Shown here: positions 1-11,595 of the stretch, piece after piece
How positions within the stretch are numbered: the stretch's first letter is position 1
How the letters are laid out: each line of letters opens with the position of its first letter
From: Octopus bimaculoides
Lineage: Eukaryota
Assembly: GCF_001194135.2 (NCBI RefSeq)
Contig: NC_068990.1
Span: 360,893 to 407,978, forward strand
DNA length: 47,086 nucleotides
Direction of reading: 5' to 3'
Position numbers and translations under genes: made by a program
Notes under the pieces: model-generated
Told to the model about the DNA's origin: nothing
The model's input: only the letters and a program-made list of their open reading frames with translations
Database searches by the model: none

Positions 1-45
<45 letters not shown>

Positions 46-392
46 GCCTCGTTCTACACAGGCATTAACCATTATCGTTCTTGGGATGATTTCCAGCCGG
101 TCTACGTTTCTCCTTCCCTCCCTCCCTCTTTCTCCCTCCCTCCATCTCCCTCCCTCCATCTCCCTCATCCACACCCACAGGTACGCCCACACATATCTCT
201 ATCTTTTATCTATATTAATGTCAGTTTATTTTTGTTTATGTGCAGTCATATACATGGAAACAGTCAGATATTAACTGAAGGATCACTTAATGCATTTAAG
301 TAGACTATCAGGTTTATTGTAGCCAAAAATAGGTTGACGGTGACTTCGAAATTTGACCGTGAGTTGATTTCGTATCCTTGCCAATATCTGAA

Positions 393-423
<31 letters not shown>

Positions 424-521
424 GTCTGTCTGTCTCTCTCTCCCTCTCTCTCGCCCTCTCTCTCTCGGACAACCATGTTAAAGTGGCTATGGATATTTTA
501 TGTGTGTGTGTGTGTGTGTGT

Positions 522-876
522 TGTGAAGTATATTTTCCACCTAAATGTGGCTAACCCTTAAGGGTTGATGCTACTGTTGCTTGTAGCCCCAGGAAGACAT
601 CTCCTCCAGCTGGCTATTGACACACTATCTGTGCCCTATCAGATAGTGCAAAGGGAAGTCAGCGTTCCCATCTCCAACCTGGCGTGATACACACGGACCC
701 GAGTTTCTGGGTATTGACCCATCATCTGCGTGTGACAACCACCGGTTGGCGATGGGAAGTGATTCTCAATGTAAAAATATACACTTTTTCCAGTGACGAA
801 AAGTCACTGATCTCGAAAGAGTGGAAACAAGCAATAATAAATCTCTGAGCGAGGTATAAACAGTAGCCGCACGACA
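522..876 (-). mobile_element. 355-bp non-coding repeat unit with an internal hammerhead fold (retrozyme / Penelope pseudo-LTR-like)
   Basis: The minus strand reads TGTCGTGC...TATACTTCACA and contains the hammerhead at 690-734. Both ends recur, inverted and permuted, at 875-1035. Confidence 0.6.
690..734 (-). ncRNA. Type I hammerhead ribozyme-like motif (U4A variant)
   Basis: Minus strand: CACACG-CAGAUGA-UGGGU(CAAU)ACCCA-GAAA-C(UCGG)G-UC-CGUGUG. Perfect 6-bp stem I, 5-bp stem II, minimal stem III and a GUC site; the core differs from CUGAUGA at one base. Confidence 0.7.
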
Positions 877-1035
877 CAGATAATGTATCAATAGCCAGCT
901 GAAGGAGATGTCTTCCTGGGGCTACATGCAACAGTAGCATCAACCCTTAAGGGTTAGCCACATTTAGGTGGCAAATATACTTCACGATGTCGTGCAGCTA
1001 CTGTTTATACCTCGCTCAGAGATTTATTATTGCTT
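875..1035 (+). repeat. Inverted, circularly permuted partial copy of the 522-876 unit
   Basis: 875-985 is the reverse complement of 523-634 and 988-1035 is the reverse complement of 829-876, each with a few substitutions. Confidence 0.85.
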
Positions 1036-1138
1036 ATACACACACACACACACACACACACATGCGCGCACACACACACACACNNNNNNNNNNTCAGAGA
1101 TTTATTATTGCTTATACACACACACACACACACACACA

Positions 1139-1170
<32 letters not shown>

Positions 1171-1200
1171 GACATACACACACACACACACACACACACA

Positions 1201-1231
<31 letters not shown>

Positions 1232-1239
1232 GTTAAAAC

Positions 1240-2020
1240 TTACTTGCAAATGGACGCGTGGCGTTCGTTAATATAATAATACAAATGATATATGAGCATA
1301 TGTATATATACATACATATATGTACATACATCTACATGTATATATAGATGCATATCCGGGTACAGGACGTCAACAAAACGTGGACAAAAAAGGAACGGGA
1401 ACATAAACAAAGCACAAAAAACGGACTTTTTTACGGACAACAGAATGAACACCTCTTACTCTCCCTCCCTGTCTCTCGTCACTCACCTTTGTTCAACTTC
1501 CTCCCTTTTCCTCTCTCTACCACTTCTCGTTGATCACACGTGACCTGTGGTCACCTCTTCCTCTCTCCTTTTCGCTAGAATAAAGGCAACACGAACTGCT
1601 ATCTCTCTCTTCTCAAGTTCGTCGCATCACAGCGTTCAGTATCTCATCTCGTTCGGCTTAACGGCCCTCAACGTTTCTTTCACTGTTTAGTTTTCCCTGT
1701 CTTGGTGTCTGTTTGCCACTTTGGAATCCTCCGCATAGCAGGTTTTATTTAATTTGGTTTGCGGGAAGAGCTATTCTAAGAGCGCGTTCTGCATCATCTT
1801 CGAAACGCCCAGTTTAGAATAGAAGCAGCTGATGAAGGAAAAGTTCCATATGTGGATTGTTTGTTTTCCTATGTGTTCATTCTGTTGTCCGTAAAAAAGT
1901 TCGTTTTTTGTGCTTTGTTTATGTTCCCGTTCCTGTACCTGGATATGCATCTATATATACTTGTAGATGTAGGTATGTACATATATGTATGTATATATGC
2001 ATATGCTCACATATCATTTG

Positions 2021-2051
<31 letters not shown>
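1240..2051. repeat. Long inverted repeat pair (about 1270-1452 vs 1871-2030) around a 420-bp core; right end lost in a gap
   Basis: GTGTTCATTCTGTTGTCCGTAAAAAAG...GGATATGCATCTATATATAC...TCATTTGTATTAT occurs on both strands. The ORF track gives near-identical peptides at 1240..1452(-) and 1852+(+). Confidence 0.85.
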
Positions 2052-2996
2052 NNNNNNNNNNNNNNNNNNNNNNNNNNNNNNNNNNNNNNNNNNNNNNNNN
2101 NNNNNNNNNNNNNNNNNNNNNNNNNNNNNNNNNNNNNNNNNNNNNNNNNNNNNNNNNNNNNNNNNNNNNNNNNNNNNNNNNNNNNNNNNNNNNNNNNNNN
2201 NNNNNNNNNNNNNNNNNNNNNNNNNNNNNNNNNNNNNNNNNNNNNNNNNNNNNNNNNNNNNNNNNNNNNNNNNNNNNNNNNNNNNNNNNNNNNNNNNNNN
2301 NNNNNNNNNNNNNNNNNNNNNNNNNNNNNNNNNNNNNNNNNNNNNNNNNNNNNNNNNNNNNNNNNNNNNNNNNNNNNNNNNNNNNNNNNNNNNNNNNNNN
2401 NNNNNNNNNNNNNNNNNNNNNNNNNNNNNNNNNNNNNNNNNNNNNNNNNNNNNNNNNNNNNNNNNNNNNNNNNNNNNNNNNNNNNNNNNNNNNNNNNNNN
2501 NNNNNNNNNNNNNNNNNNNNNNNNNNNNNNNNNNNNNNNNNNNNNNNNNNNNNNNNNNNNNNNNNNNNNNNNNNNNNNNNNNNNNNNNNNNNNNNNNNNN
2601 NNNNNNNNNNNNNNNNNNNNNNNNNNNNNNNNNNNNNNNNNNNNNNNNNNNNNNNNNNNNNNNNNNNNNNNNNNNNNNNNNNNNNNNNNNNNNNNNNNNN
2701 NNNNNNNNNNNNNNNNNNNNNNNNNNNNNNNNNNNNNNNNNNNNNNNNNNNNNNNNNNNNNNNNNNNNNNNNNNNNNNNNNNNNNNNNNNNNNNNNNNNN
2801 NNNNNNNNNNNNNNNNNNNNNNNNNNNNNNNNNNNNNNNNNNNNNNNNNNNNNNNNNNNNNNNNNNNNNNNNNNNNNNNNNNNNNNNNNNNNNNNNNNNN
2901 NNAATATATATATATATATATATATATCTGAATCTCTCTCTCCTTTTCTCCCTCTCCCCCATACGCACGCATATATTCACATGGCCAGTTATTTGA

Positions 2997-3038
<42 letters not shown>

Positions 3039-3157
3039 CATAAATAAAATACAAAGAAAAACAACAACATATATTGTATTTTGGTTCGTATTCCATACAC
3101 TAGCTTATCCCGTGTTGTCGAATTGGTTGTATCTTGCTTCACAGCGAATATATTCCG

Positions 3158-3215
3158 TCTCTGTCTGCATGTCTGTCTCTGTCTGCATGTCCGTCTCTGT
3201 CTGCATGTCTGTCTC
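3158..3215. repeat. 18-bp tandem repeat (TCTCTGTCTGCATGTCYG), about 3 copies
   Basis: Read directly from the sequence. Confidence 0.8.
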
Positions 3216-3292
3216 TCTGAGTGCTTGTACATATATAATACATACATACATACATACACACACACACGTGTGTGTGTATGTATGTGTATGAA

Positions 3293-3570
3293 AGGTAATA
3301 GTTATCTCCACTTAAACGTGTTTGTTCTGTCAGAAGAAGCTATACGGTGGCAGGCATTTTACCACGAGAGAAACTGTCATATTGGCTTTTGGTGCTAAAT
3401 GCACTCTTGTGTATATCACTATCACGGTAGGTAAATCTCACTACCTCCAGTGCCGCATGAGTGCATTTTGCATACAAAAGTACCAATATGACGGTTTCTC
3501 TCATGGTAAATACTGCAGCATAGTTTGTTTTAACAGAACAAACAGGTTTAAATGGGGATAAATATTACCT
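3293..3570. mobile_element. MITE-like foldback element
   Basis: Imperfect arms of about 115 bp (AGGTAATAGTTATCTCCACTTAAACGTGTTTGTTCTGT...AAATGCACTC vs its reverse complement ending TATTACCT) around a spacer of about 50 bp. Confidence 0.65.
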
Positions 3571-3654
3571 CTCAGAGATGTCCTTGTATGGCAAGTATTT
3601 TGACCTAAGACTGTGTGCAAATAAAAGGCGGCAAGCTGGCTGTACCGCATCGCA

Positions 3655-3868
3655 CTGGTACGCATAACGTAAAGTCGGACAAAATGGTTGGCTGTATTTC
3701 TTACGACTTTACTTTTTGAGATCAAATGCCGCCGGTGTAGACTTTACCTTTCATCCTTTCGGGGTCGATAAAACAATTATCAGCTGAACATTTGGATCAA
3801 CGAAATCGAATTGCATCCGTCTCTAAAACTGCTGGCCTTGTGCCAAAATTCGAAACAAATATATTGTA
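3655..3868 (+). mobile_element. Decayed SINE, family B (GGCAGAATCGTTAG-type)
   Basis: Contains GACTTTACCTTTCATCCTTTCGGGGTCGATAAAA and the GCTGGCCTTGTGCCAAAATT tail shared with the copies at 16394 and 45790-46188. Confidence 0.7.
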
Positions 3869-3885
3869 AATATATTGCTAATATA

Positions 3886-5133
3886 CACAGACATGCAGGA
3901 GTAAATAGGCACCTTTAATTTTCAAAATTTCTGATCTAAACCTCTTGATAGGTTTTCAGCGGTCTAGAATTTACAATGTAATTATTCTTTTTCATTCCAG
4001 GTGCCATTATATTAAACATTTGCAAAGAGTAACCATGCCACGCACAAAAATTCAGCAGAACTGTCAGATTTTCAAAGAGGTCGTATTGTTGGGTAATCTG
4101 AGGCTAGTCTTAGCGAAAAATTGCCGAAAATCTTCAAATTCCTCTTGCTACTGTTAATAGAATTATAGTGCAATTCAAAAGCCAAGGAAAAGAATCAACA
4201 GATTCTCGTCCCGGCCGACCTGGGCCCCCGGAAAGGAAGCTTCACTGTTTGAAGAGAATTGTGGAAAACGAACCCCGTTCGAAGGCTTCTGACATTGCAA
4301 AACAGCTAGAAGTTAGTCCAAGAACGTGTGTTATATATCTGCGTAAGCTTGGGTATTATGGACGAGCAGCTAGAAGAAAACCTCTCCTTCAACCAATTAA
4401 TATCATAAAAAGAAAGAAATGGGCTAAGGAGATGTCAGAAAAATCCAGTTCATTTTGGGATAGAGTGATTTTCTCAGATGAATCCAGATTTGCATTATTT
4501 TCAGACAGTGGACGTGTTTGGGTCTGGAGGCTTCCCAATCAAGAACTTGATTTGAAACGACTCCAACCAATAGTGAAACATGGCGGTATCTCTGTAATGG
4601 TATGGGGAGCTATCACCAGCAATGGTCGTTCTGAGCTGATCGAATATGTTGGAACCATAAACTCTGAAAAATACACCGAATTACTTAAGCAAGGACTACT
4701 TCCGATGTATTCACACGATAACATAACGAAAAAGGAGCTTTTATTCATGGAAGATGGGGCTCCATGCCACACAGCGAAAAGGAATCAACAATGGCTGACT
4801 GAAAATGGGATCAAAAAGCTTCCTTGACCGAGCCAATCTCCTGACATGAACCCAATTGAAAATCTTTGGAGCACACTAGATAGAGCTATACGAAGACCTC
4901 AACAGAAACCTAAATCTAAAGATGAATTGTTTCAAATTGTTGCGTGAAAAGTGGGCAGTAATTTCACAAGATACAATTACAAAGTTCATCAGTTCAATGC
5001 CAAAAAGAGTTTCTGAATTAAAAACTGCAAAGGGAATGTCAACTAAATACTAAAGTATGTAGTCCTACCTATCGATTACATTTCAATTGTTCGCTTGAAA
5101 ATTAAAGGTGCCTATTTACTTCCTGCATGTGTG
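3886..5133 (+). mobile_element. Tc1-family DNA transposon, full length, decayed
   Basis: TIRs CAC(AG)ACATGCAGGA(A)GTAAATAGGCACCTTTAATTTTCAA at both ends, each flanked by TA, enclosing a transposase. Confidence 0.93.
4035..5053 (+). pseudogene. Tc1 transposase (DD34E) with frameshifts and a stop
   Basis: [58 protein letters not shown] and AKGMSTKY. 34 residues between the second D and E, counting the TGA at 4825-4827 as W. Confidence 0.93.
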
Positions 5134-5224
5134 TATATACAAATAAAGGTTATAAATGTTTAAGAGGGATTCATGGTCTTTTTGTATTTCTGAATGCCTA
5201 ACATGTCTTTTATGCTGCAATATA

Positions 5225-5695
5225 TACTCTTTTACTCTTCCACTTATTTCAGTCATTTGACTGCGGCCATGCTGGAGCACCGCCTTTAGTCGAGCAAATC
5301 GACTCCAGGACTTATTCTTTGTAAGCCTAGTACTTATTTTATCGGTCTCTTTTGCCGAACCGCTAAGTTACCTAGACGTAAACACACCAGCATCGGTTGT
5401 TAAGCGATGTTGGGGGGACAAACACAGACACAAACACACACACATGCATATATATATAATTATTACAAATTAAAAGGGTAAAGGTTTATCAATTTATAAA
5501 TTTATTAATAAATCAACAATTATATATATATATATATATACATATATACGACGGGCTTCTTTCAGTTTCCGTCTACCAAATCCACGGGTCGGCCCGAGGC
5601 TATAGTAGAAGACACTTGCCCAAGGTGCCACGCAGTGGGACTGAACCCAGAACCAAGTGGTTGGTAAGCAAGCTACTAAGCACACAACCACTCCT
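5225..5695 (-). mobile_element. tRNA-derived SINE, family A, near full length
   Basis: Minus-strand head AGGAGTGGTTGTGTG...GGTTCAGTCCCACTGCGTGGCACCTTGGGCAAGTGTCTT, an internal TA/CA microsatellite and a GCATGGCCGCAGTCAAATGACTGAAA tail. Many copies in the window. Confidence 0.9.
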
Positions 5696-5719
5696 CGTCT
5701 ATATACATATATATATATA

Positions 5720-6420
5720 TGTTAGATCCAGGGATCGAGGTGTAGGAAGAAAGTTAGCTTCGAGCAATCCGTAGTGAATATAAGAAAACAACTTTCAGGT
5801 ACAATAGTGCTTTTATTGAAACGGAAGGTTGCAGACTCGGAACTTTCCAGGAAATCTTCGCAATTTTCTAGGAAGTCGATCTTAAATCCTCGGAACTTTC
5901 CAAGAAATCATCGGAATATTCCAGGAAGTAGATCTTAAATCCTCGGAACTTTCCGTGAAACCCTCGGAATTTTCCAGGACGTCGATCGCAAATCCTGGGA
6001 ACTTCCTAGGAAATCCTCGGAGTTTTCCAGGAAGTCGATCTTAAATCCTCGGAATTTTTCAGGAAGTTGATCTAAAATCCTCGGAGCTTCCTAGGAAATC
6101 CCCGGAGCTTTCCAGAAAGTCGATCTTAAATCCTCGGAATTTTCCAGGAAATCCTCAGAATTTTCCAGGAAGTCGATCTAAAATCCTCGGAATTTTTCAG
6201 GAAATCCTCAGAATTTTTCAGGTAGTTGATCTTAAATCCTCGGAACTTTCCACGAAATCCTCGGAACTTTTCAGTAAATCATCGGAACTTTCCAGGAATT
6301 TGATCTTAAATCCTCGGAAGTCTCCAGGAAATTCTCGGAACTTTCCAGGAAATCCTCGAAATAAACTGTAATGTCACGATGTCATGTGGCTGTCGTTGTT
6401 GATAAGTGAAATACATAACT
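5720..6420 (-). mobile_element. Solo-LTR-like element containing a minisatellite
   Basis: The minus strand ends ...GGATCTAACA, with AATAAAA about 95 nt before the end. The 5' end (TGTATTTC or degenerate TGTTATG) lies near 6415-6420. No clear TSD. Confidence 0.4.
5836..6360. repeat. Composite minisatellite of 21-bp and 32-bp units (about 20 units)
   Basis: Short unit CCTCGGAACTTTCCAGGAAAT and long unit CCTCGGAATTTTCCAGGAAGTCGATCTTAAAT, mostly alternating. Confidence 0.95.
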
Positions 6421-7357
6421 GTAATAATTGCTGTAATAGTAATTAGTTTGCATGGTTGTTCTATATGATTGTTAAAAAAGGAGAAGTGACTTACTCTACT
6501 GCGCCTGTCTGAAGATCAGTCGGAGAAGAAACAAAAGTGAGTAATGTAAGAGCAAAGTTCTATAGAGAAAAGTGAAAGAAAAAAGATCAAAGCAGCAAAT
6601 GACACTCTTTTAAAATGTATATCGAAACATTATTTTTGGATTAGTTCATCTCGGAAGCAAAAAATCAAATTGCTACAATACAGAACTACATCAATCAATC
6701 GCGGTTCAAATTTTTTCACAAGTAGTTACAACAACACATATTTCAAATGTAAGAAAATGTGATATTGTAGTGTATTTTAAATGTTGAATGAAATGCCTTT
6801 GATCGTAGATCAATGAGGATCGACTTGAAACGAAACAGCAACATCAATAAAATTAACAAGAACATTATGATCACCGTCACCACTAATAGTATCCCCACCA
6901 TCACCATTACCACTATCACAAACAAAAATCAATACAACCAACTTAGCCACCCCAACTAAACCACCAACTTTTGAATAACCAACTAGCAGCAACAATAATA
7001 GTATCAGCATTATAGCGATGTCTGTAGCTACATGTATTGTATATCAACACAGTGGTATGTATGTGAGTATATGTGCATGGGTATGTCTGTAAAGTGTGAT
7101 GTTTCATGGCTTAAATAGGAGGTGCAAGAGCCGGAGTGTCCATGATTCTGGTAACCCTTCAACTAACTGCAATCACACAGTACTTCCTCTCGCTTCACTC
7201 CCCCACCCTTTTATCTTCTCATTTTCATTCATACATCCATAGGAATAATACATTGTTTTGCTCTCGCAAAAGAGTTCTTTCTTGGTGTTTTTTTACTACA
7301 CATTTGTTGCGGGTCATTGTTGGTTACTGCTGCTGTTGAATTTGCCTGAAATTCAAG

Positions 7358-7548
7358 ACGTCTAGAAAGAAAGTAGTAGTGCGAAAAGTAACCGCAGAAA
7401 GATTATACTGCATATTGAATATGCTTTAAAAAAGTTTGATGCATGAGAAAAATATCAGCCACATTGCCGAAGCATTAAAGCTTGCAACGTCTACAGTGAG
7501 AAAACAACGCGACAACAGAGATATAATTAAATCAAATGAAATTAAATG
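7358..7548 (+). pseudogene. pogo/Tigger-type transposase N-terminal HTH fragment
   Basis: Translates across a stop and a frameshift as SRKK..AKSNRRKIIL..KKFDA*EK/ISHIAEALKLATSTVRKQRDNRDIIK, resembling the CENP-B/psq HTH of Tigger transposases. Confidence 0.5.
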
Positions 7549-7696
7549 CTTGGGCCTTATTTTTCATAGATTTAATGTGAGGTAATAATTACTGGTACTG
7601 TTGAAAGTGTATTAGTGATAACAGAGCTATAGAAACTGTTGTGAAGTCGTGTAAGTATATATATGAGCATCTGTGAGCGGATAGGTGTTTTTTTTT

Positions 7697-7727
<31 letters not shown>

Positions 7728-8734
7728 NNNNNNNNNNNNNNNNNNNNNNNNNNNNNNNNNNNNNNNNNNNNNNNNNNNNNNNNNNNNNNNNNNNNNNNNN
7801 NNNNNNNNNNNNNNNNNNNNNNNNNNNNNNNNNNNNNNNNNNNNNNNNNNNNNNNNNNNNNNNNNNNNNNNNNNNNNNNNNNNNNNNNNNNNNNNNNNNN
7901 NNNNNNNNNNNNNNNNNNNNNNNNNNNNNNNNNNNNNNNNNNNNNNNNNNNNNNNNNNNNNNNNNNNNNNNNNNNNNNNNNNNNNNNNNNNNNNNNNNNN
8001 NNNNNNNNNNNNNNNNNNNNNNNNNNNNNNNNNNNNNNNNNNNNNNNNNNNNNNNNNNNNNNNNNNNNNNNNNNNNNNNNNNNNNNNNNNNNNNNNNNNN
8101 NNNNNNNNNNNNNNNNNNNNNNNNNNNNNNNNNNNNNNNNNNNNNNNNNNNNNNNNNNNNNNNNNNNNNNNNNNNNNNNNNNNNNNNNNNNNNNNNNNNN
8201 NNNNNNNNNNNNNNNNNNNNNNNNNNNNNNNNNNNNNNNNNNNNNNNNNNNNNNNNNNNNNNNNNNNNNNNNNNNNNNNNNNNNNNNNNNNNNNNNNNNN
8301 NNNNNNNNNNNNNNNNNNNNNNNNNNNNNNNNNNNNNNNNNNNNNNNNNNNNNNNNNNNNNNNNNNNNNNNNNNNNNNNNNNNNNNNNNNNNNNTATAGC
8401 AATAAGAAAATGGAGGGGAGTATGAGGTACGCATCAACTTGCAGACACTGTATTCCGTTGATTAATCTGTTTATTTTATAACCAAAATGACAAAAAAGAC
8501 AAAAAAGACAATATACAGACACTTATGACATATCACGTCATATCAACAATCAAGACTTCAAATTTAATGGACATCTAGCAATTAGAAAAGGGACAAAATC
8601 TTACAGCTGTTTGCACCCACTTATTGCACTTGGTATAACACTAGTGTAACAATAATTGGGTACCCTCCCAGCAGTATATTGGATAGATATTATCCCTTAG
8701 TGGGTTGGATCCTCAACCCCTAACTCTAGTATGC

Positions 8735-8866
8735 AAGGTGTTTATAAGCCATTTAAAAACACAAAAAAGCGTTAGATTAATTTTAATATTTTGACAAATT
8801 AGATTTAGATGCAGAATTGAATCTAACGGTTTTTGTGTGTGTTTTTAAATGGCTTATAAACACCTT
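8735..8866. repeat. Hairpin / MITE-like inverted repeat
   Basis: AAGGTGTTTATAAGCCATTTAAAAACACAAAAAAGCGTTAGATT (8735-8778) pairs with 8820-8866 across a 41-nt spacer. Confidence 0.85.
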
Positions 8867-11034
8867 CTACACTGCAATTAGTTTTGTTTCAGCACACGAT
8901 CACAGATCAAGTCACTTGCTATGCAAGTACATCTTCGTAGTATCTATATATATGTATATATATATATATATAAGATCGNNNNNNNNNNNNNNNNNNNNNN
9001 NNNNNNNNNNNNNNNNNNNNNNNNNNNNNNNNNNNNNNNNNNNNNNNNNNNNNNNNNNNNNNNNNNNNNNNNNNNNNNNNNNNNNNNNNNNNNNNNNNNN
9101 NNNNNNNNNNNNNNNNNNNNNNNNNNNNNNNNNNNNNNNNNNNNNNNNNNNNNNNNNNNNNNNNNNNNNNNNNNNNNNNNNNNNNNNNNNNNNNNNNNNN
9201 NNNNNNNNNNNNNNNNNNNNNNNNNNNNNNNNNNNNNNNNNNNNNNNNNNNNNNNNNNNNNNNNNNNNNNNNNNNNNNNNNNNNNNNNNNNNNNNNNNNN
9301 NNNNNNNNNNNNNNNNNNNNNNNNNNNNNNNNNNNNNNNNNNNNNNNNNNNNNNNNNNNNNNNNNNNNNNNNNNNNNNNNNNNNNNNNNNNNNNNNNNNN
9401 NNNNNNNNNNNNNNNNNNNNNNNNNNNNNNNNNNNNNNNNNNNNNNNNNNNNNNNNNNNNNNNNNNNNNNNNNNNNNNNNNNNNNNNNNNNNNNNNNNNN
9501 NNNNNNNNNNNNNNNNNNNNNNNNNNNNNNNNNNNNNNNNNNNNNNNNNNNNNNNNNNNNNTATATATATATATATATATATATATTTTATATATGCATG
9601 CATATCTCGAGAACTAAACCAACTTCAATAAGTTTAATGGACATTGAAAATATGAACGGACGCACAATTAACTGTTCCGATCCATCGCAGCTTATATGCC
9701 ATATGACATTGCATAGACTTTACAAGAACCATTGTAGCTTATACAAGTTACACGTCTTTTTTGTCCACTTTCTTCGTCCGTTACAATACCATAAATTCAT
9801 CTTTGAAAGGGACTCTCCATTCAGTTAGTTTCATTAGTTTCACTACAAGACACATGCTTAGCTAAACGAATCAGCCAGTTCAAAGAAATTATCTGCTTTA
9901 ACCGTGTAACATTCATAATTACTTGATATTAATATCCTTATGTAAAGTTCTGCTCTCATGAATGTTGTCACTTTCACACTCCTGTATTGTTGACTAATTG
10001 AAATTGTGCTCTATGTTTCTCTATGAATACTTCAACGCGGTTTATATTACTTGGACTGTCATTTTTGCATAACACATAAATCATCGTTTATATTGCCTTT
10101 GAAATATACTGTTGCATTGCTTGAACAATATTGTAAATTACTTCAATAAATATCAACCCACTATATAGACTGGGTAATTCAAAACCGGAGGAAATGCAGA
10201 AATAAAGGCAATAAACTTGTCCATATAATTAGTTATTACATAATTGTTATAAAACAAATAATTACTATTTATTTTGTTTTCTCTCTGCAACATTTTGCTT
10301 GAACTTAACGCAGCATTTTCTACATTTCTAGACCCGCACCCATCACTGGCTCGCGACATCCTGTTTCCTCCCTCTGCTTTTTATTCTGCTACTCTAGTAA
10401 GCCTCTGTGTTTCAGATTTGGCTGGTCTAGGGCCACCACCTCCAGCATCGGTACTAACTACTGCCGGCAAGTACTTCGCAACCCAGATCACCAGCTCTTT
10501 AGCATTCTCCCACTCCACATGTTGCCGCCATCAACTTCTCCCACTCAACATGTTGCAGCCTTTTGTTGAAGAGGAACAGATGAAGAGGAACATTAACAAT
10601 GTCGGTCCCACCAATCTCAGGAAGCCATGGTTATGATCATACCTGCCCGATCAATTCATTAAAAAATTATGCCGGTTTACTTCAGCCGAAATCTTGTGAG
10701 GTACCGCTTAGTTAAAAAAAAACATGTCTCCAGAAAGCACTATTGTTTTTGCAGCCACACCGACGATCTAACTTTCAGTTGTCTGGGCTCGGAAGCTTTG
10801 GATAGTAACCAGTTCAAAAAAGGATAGTTTCGAGCATAAACCCTCATTGACTGGGAGTTATTGAGAAGAAGAAAAAACGAAGAATAAGAGAGACAACTGT
10901 GATAGAAAATCGAGCCGGAAGAGAATAATTTAGGACCACTGACTACTAATTCTGAAGCGAGTAAGAGGATGTAATGAATATAGAGCGATGGTTGTGTCTG
11001 AAGCATCCAACTCTGTCACGAGGCAGGGACTATC

Positions 11035-11125
11035 CAGTGATGGCTTTGCTGACCTAAACTTCAAAGTCACTGTCAACAACACACTTATTCACGCACTTAT
11101 TGCAACAATCCTTAGTTTTCTGTAA
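11035..11125 (+). pseudogene. Possible Gypsy aspartic protease scrap
   Basis: FKVTVNNTLIHALIATILSF resembles V.VNG..I.ALIDTGS..SF, but the catalytic DTG is damaged. Confidence 0.3.
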
Positions 11126-11201
11126 AAGAACTCGGAAGGTTGGGCCTCCAACCAGGTTTTCGCCAGGCCTTAAAGCCAGGAACTTTTCAGTACACCCTCG
11201 T

Positions 11202-11561
11202 ATAGGCACAGGTATGGCTGTGTGCTAAGAAGCTTGTTTCTCAATCACATGGCTCCAGGTTAGTCCCACTGTGTGGTACCTTGGGTAAGTGTCTTCTGTT
11301 ATAGCCTAGGGCTGACCAAAACCTTGTGAGTGGATTTGCTAGATGGAAACTGAAGGAAGCCTACGGTATATATATACATAAATATATATGTGTGAGTCTT
11401 TGTGTCTGTGTTTGCCCCCATCACCACTTGACAACCGGTTTTGTATGTTTACATCCTCGTAACTTAGCAGTTCGGAAAAAAACTGATAGAATTACTATCA
11501 AGCTTTTAAGAAAATAATTACTGGGGTCGATTCATTCGACTAAAATTTTTTCAAAGTGGTG
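11202..11561 (+). mobile_element. SINE family A, 3' truncated
   Basis: Head ATAGGCACAGGTATGGCTGTGTGCTAAG...CCTTGGGTAAGTGTCTT; the body continues to CGACTAAAATTTTTTCAAAGTGGTG. Confidence 0.85.
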
Positions 11562-11595
11562 TGGGTATTCGCATTTTACAATCGAAAAGCAACAC

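Noticed and set aside
968-1276. HT/CV/YI-rich ORFs here and throughout, and an apparent tandem duplication across 1084-1093 (likewise 29269-29278)
   Set aside because: These are translations of CA/TA microsatellites. The duplications flank 10-N gaps and look like unmerged contig overlaps.
1852-3265. Long ORFs spanning N-gaps (also 7572-8522, 8817-9631, 17245-18414, 29592-30728, 36948-37736, 39446-40145)
   Set aside because: They are open only because Ns and microsatellites contain no stop codons.
5836-6360. CRISPR-like appearance of this array and the 17365-18181 array
   Set aside because: No unique spacers, no cas genes and a eukaryotic context; these are minisatellites.
10274-10636. 120-aa ORF with a short internal direct repeat
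   Set aside because: No recognisable domain on either strand; probably retroelement debris, but not assignable.
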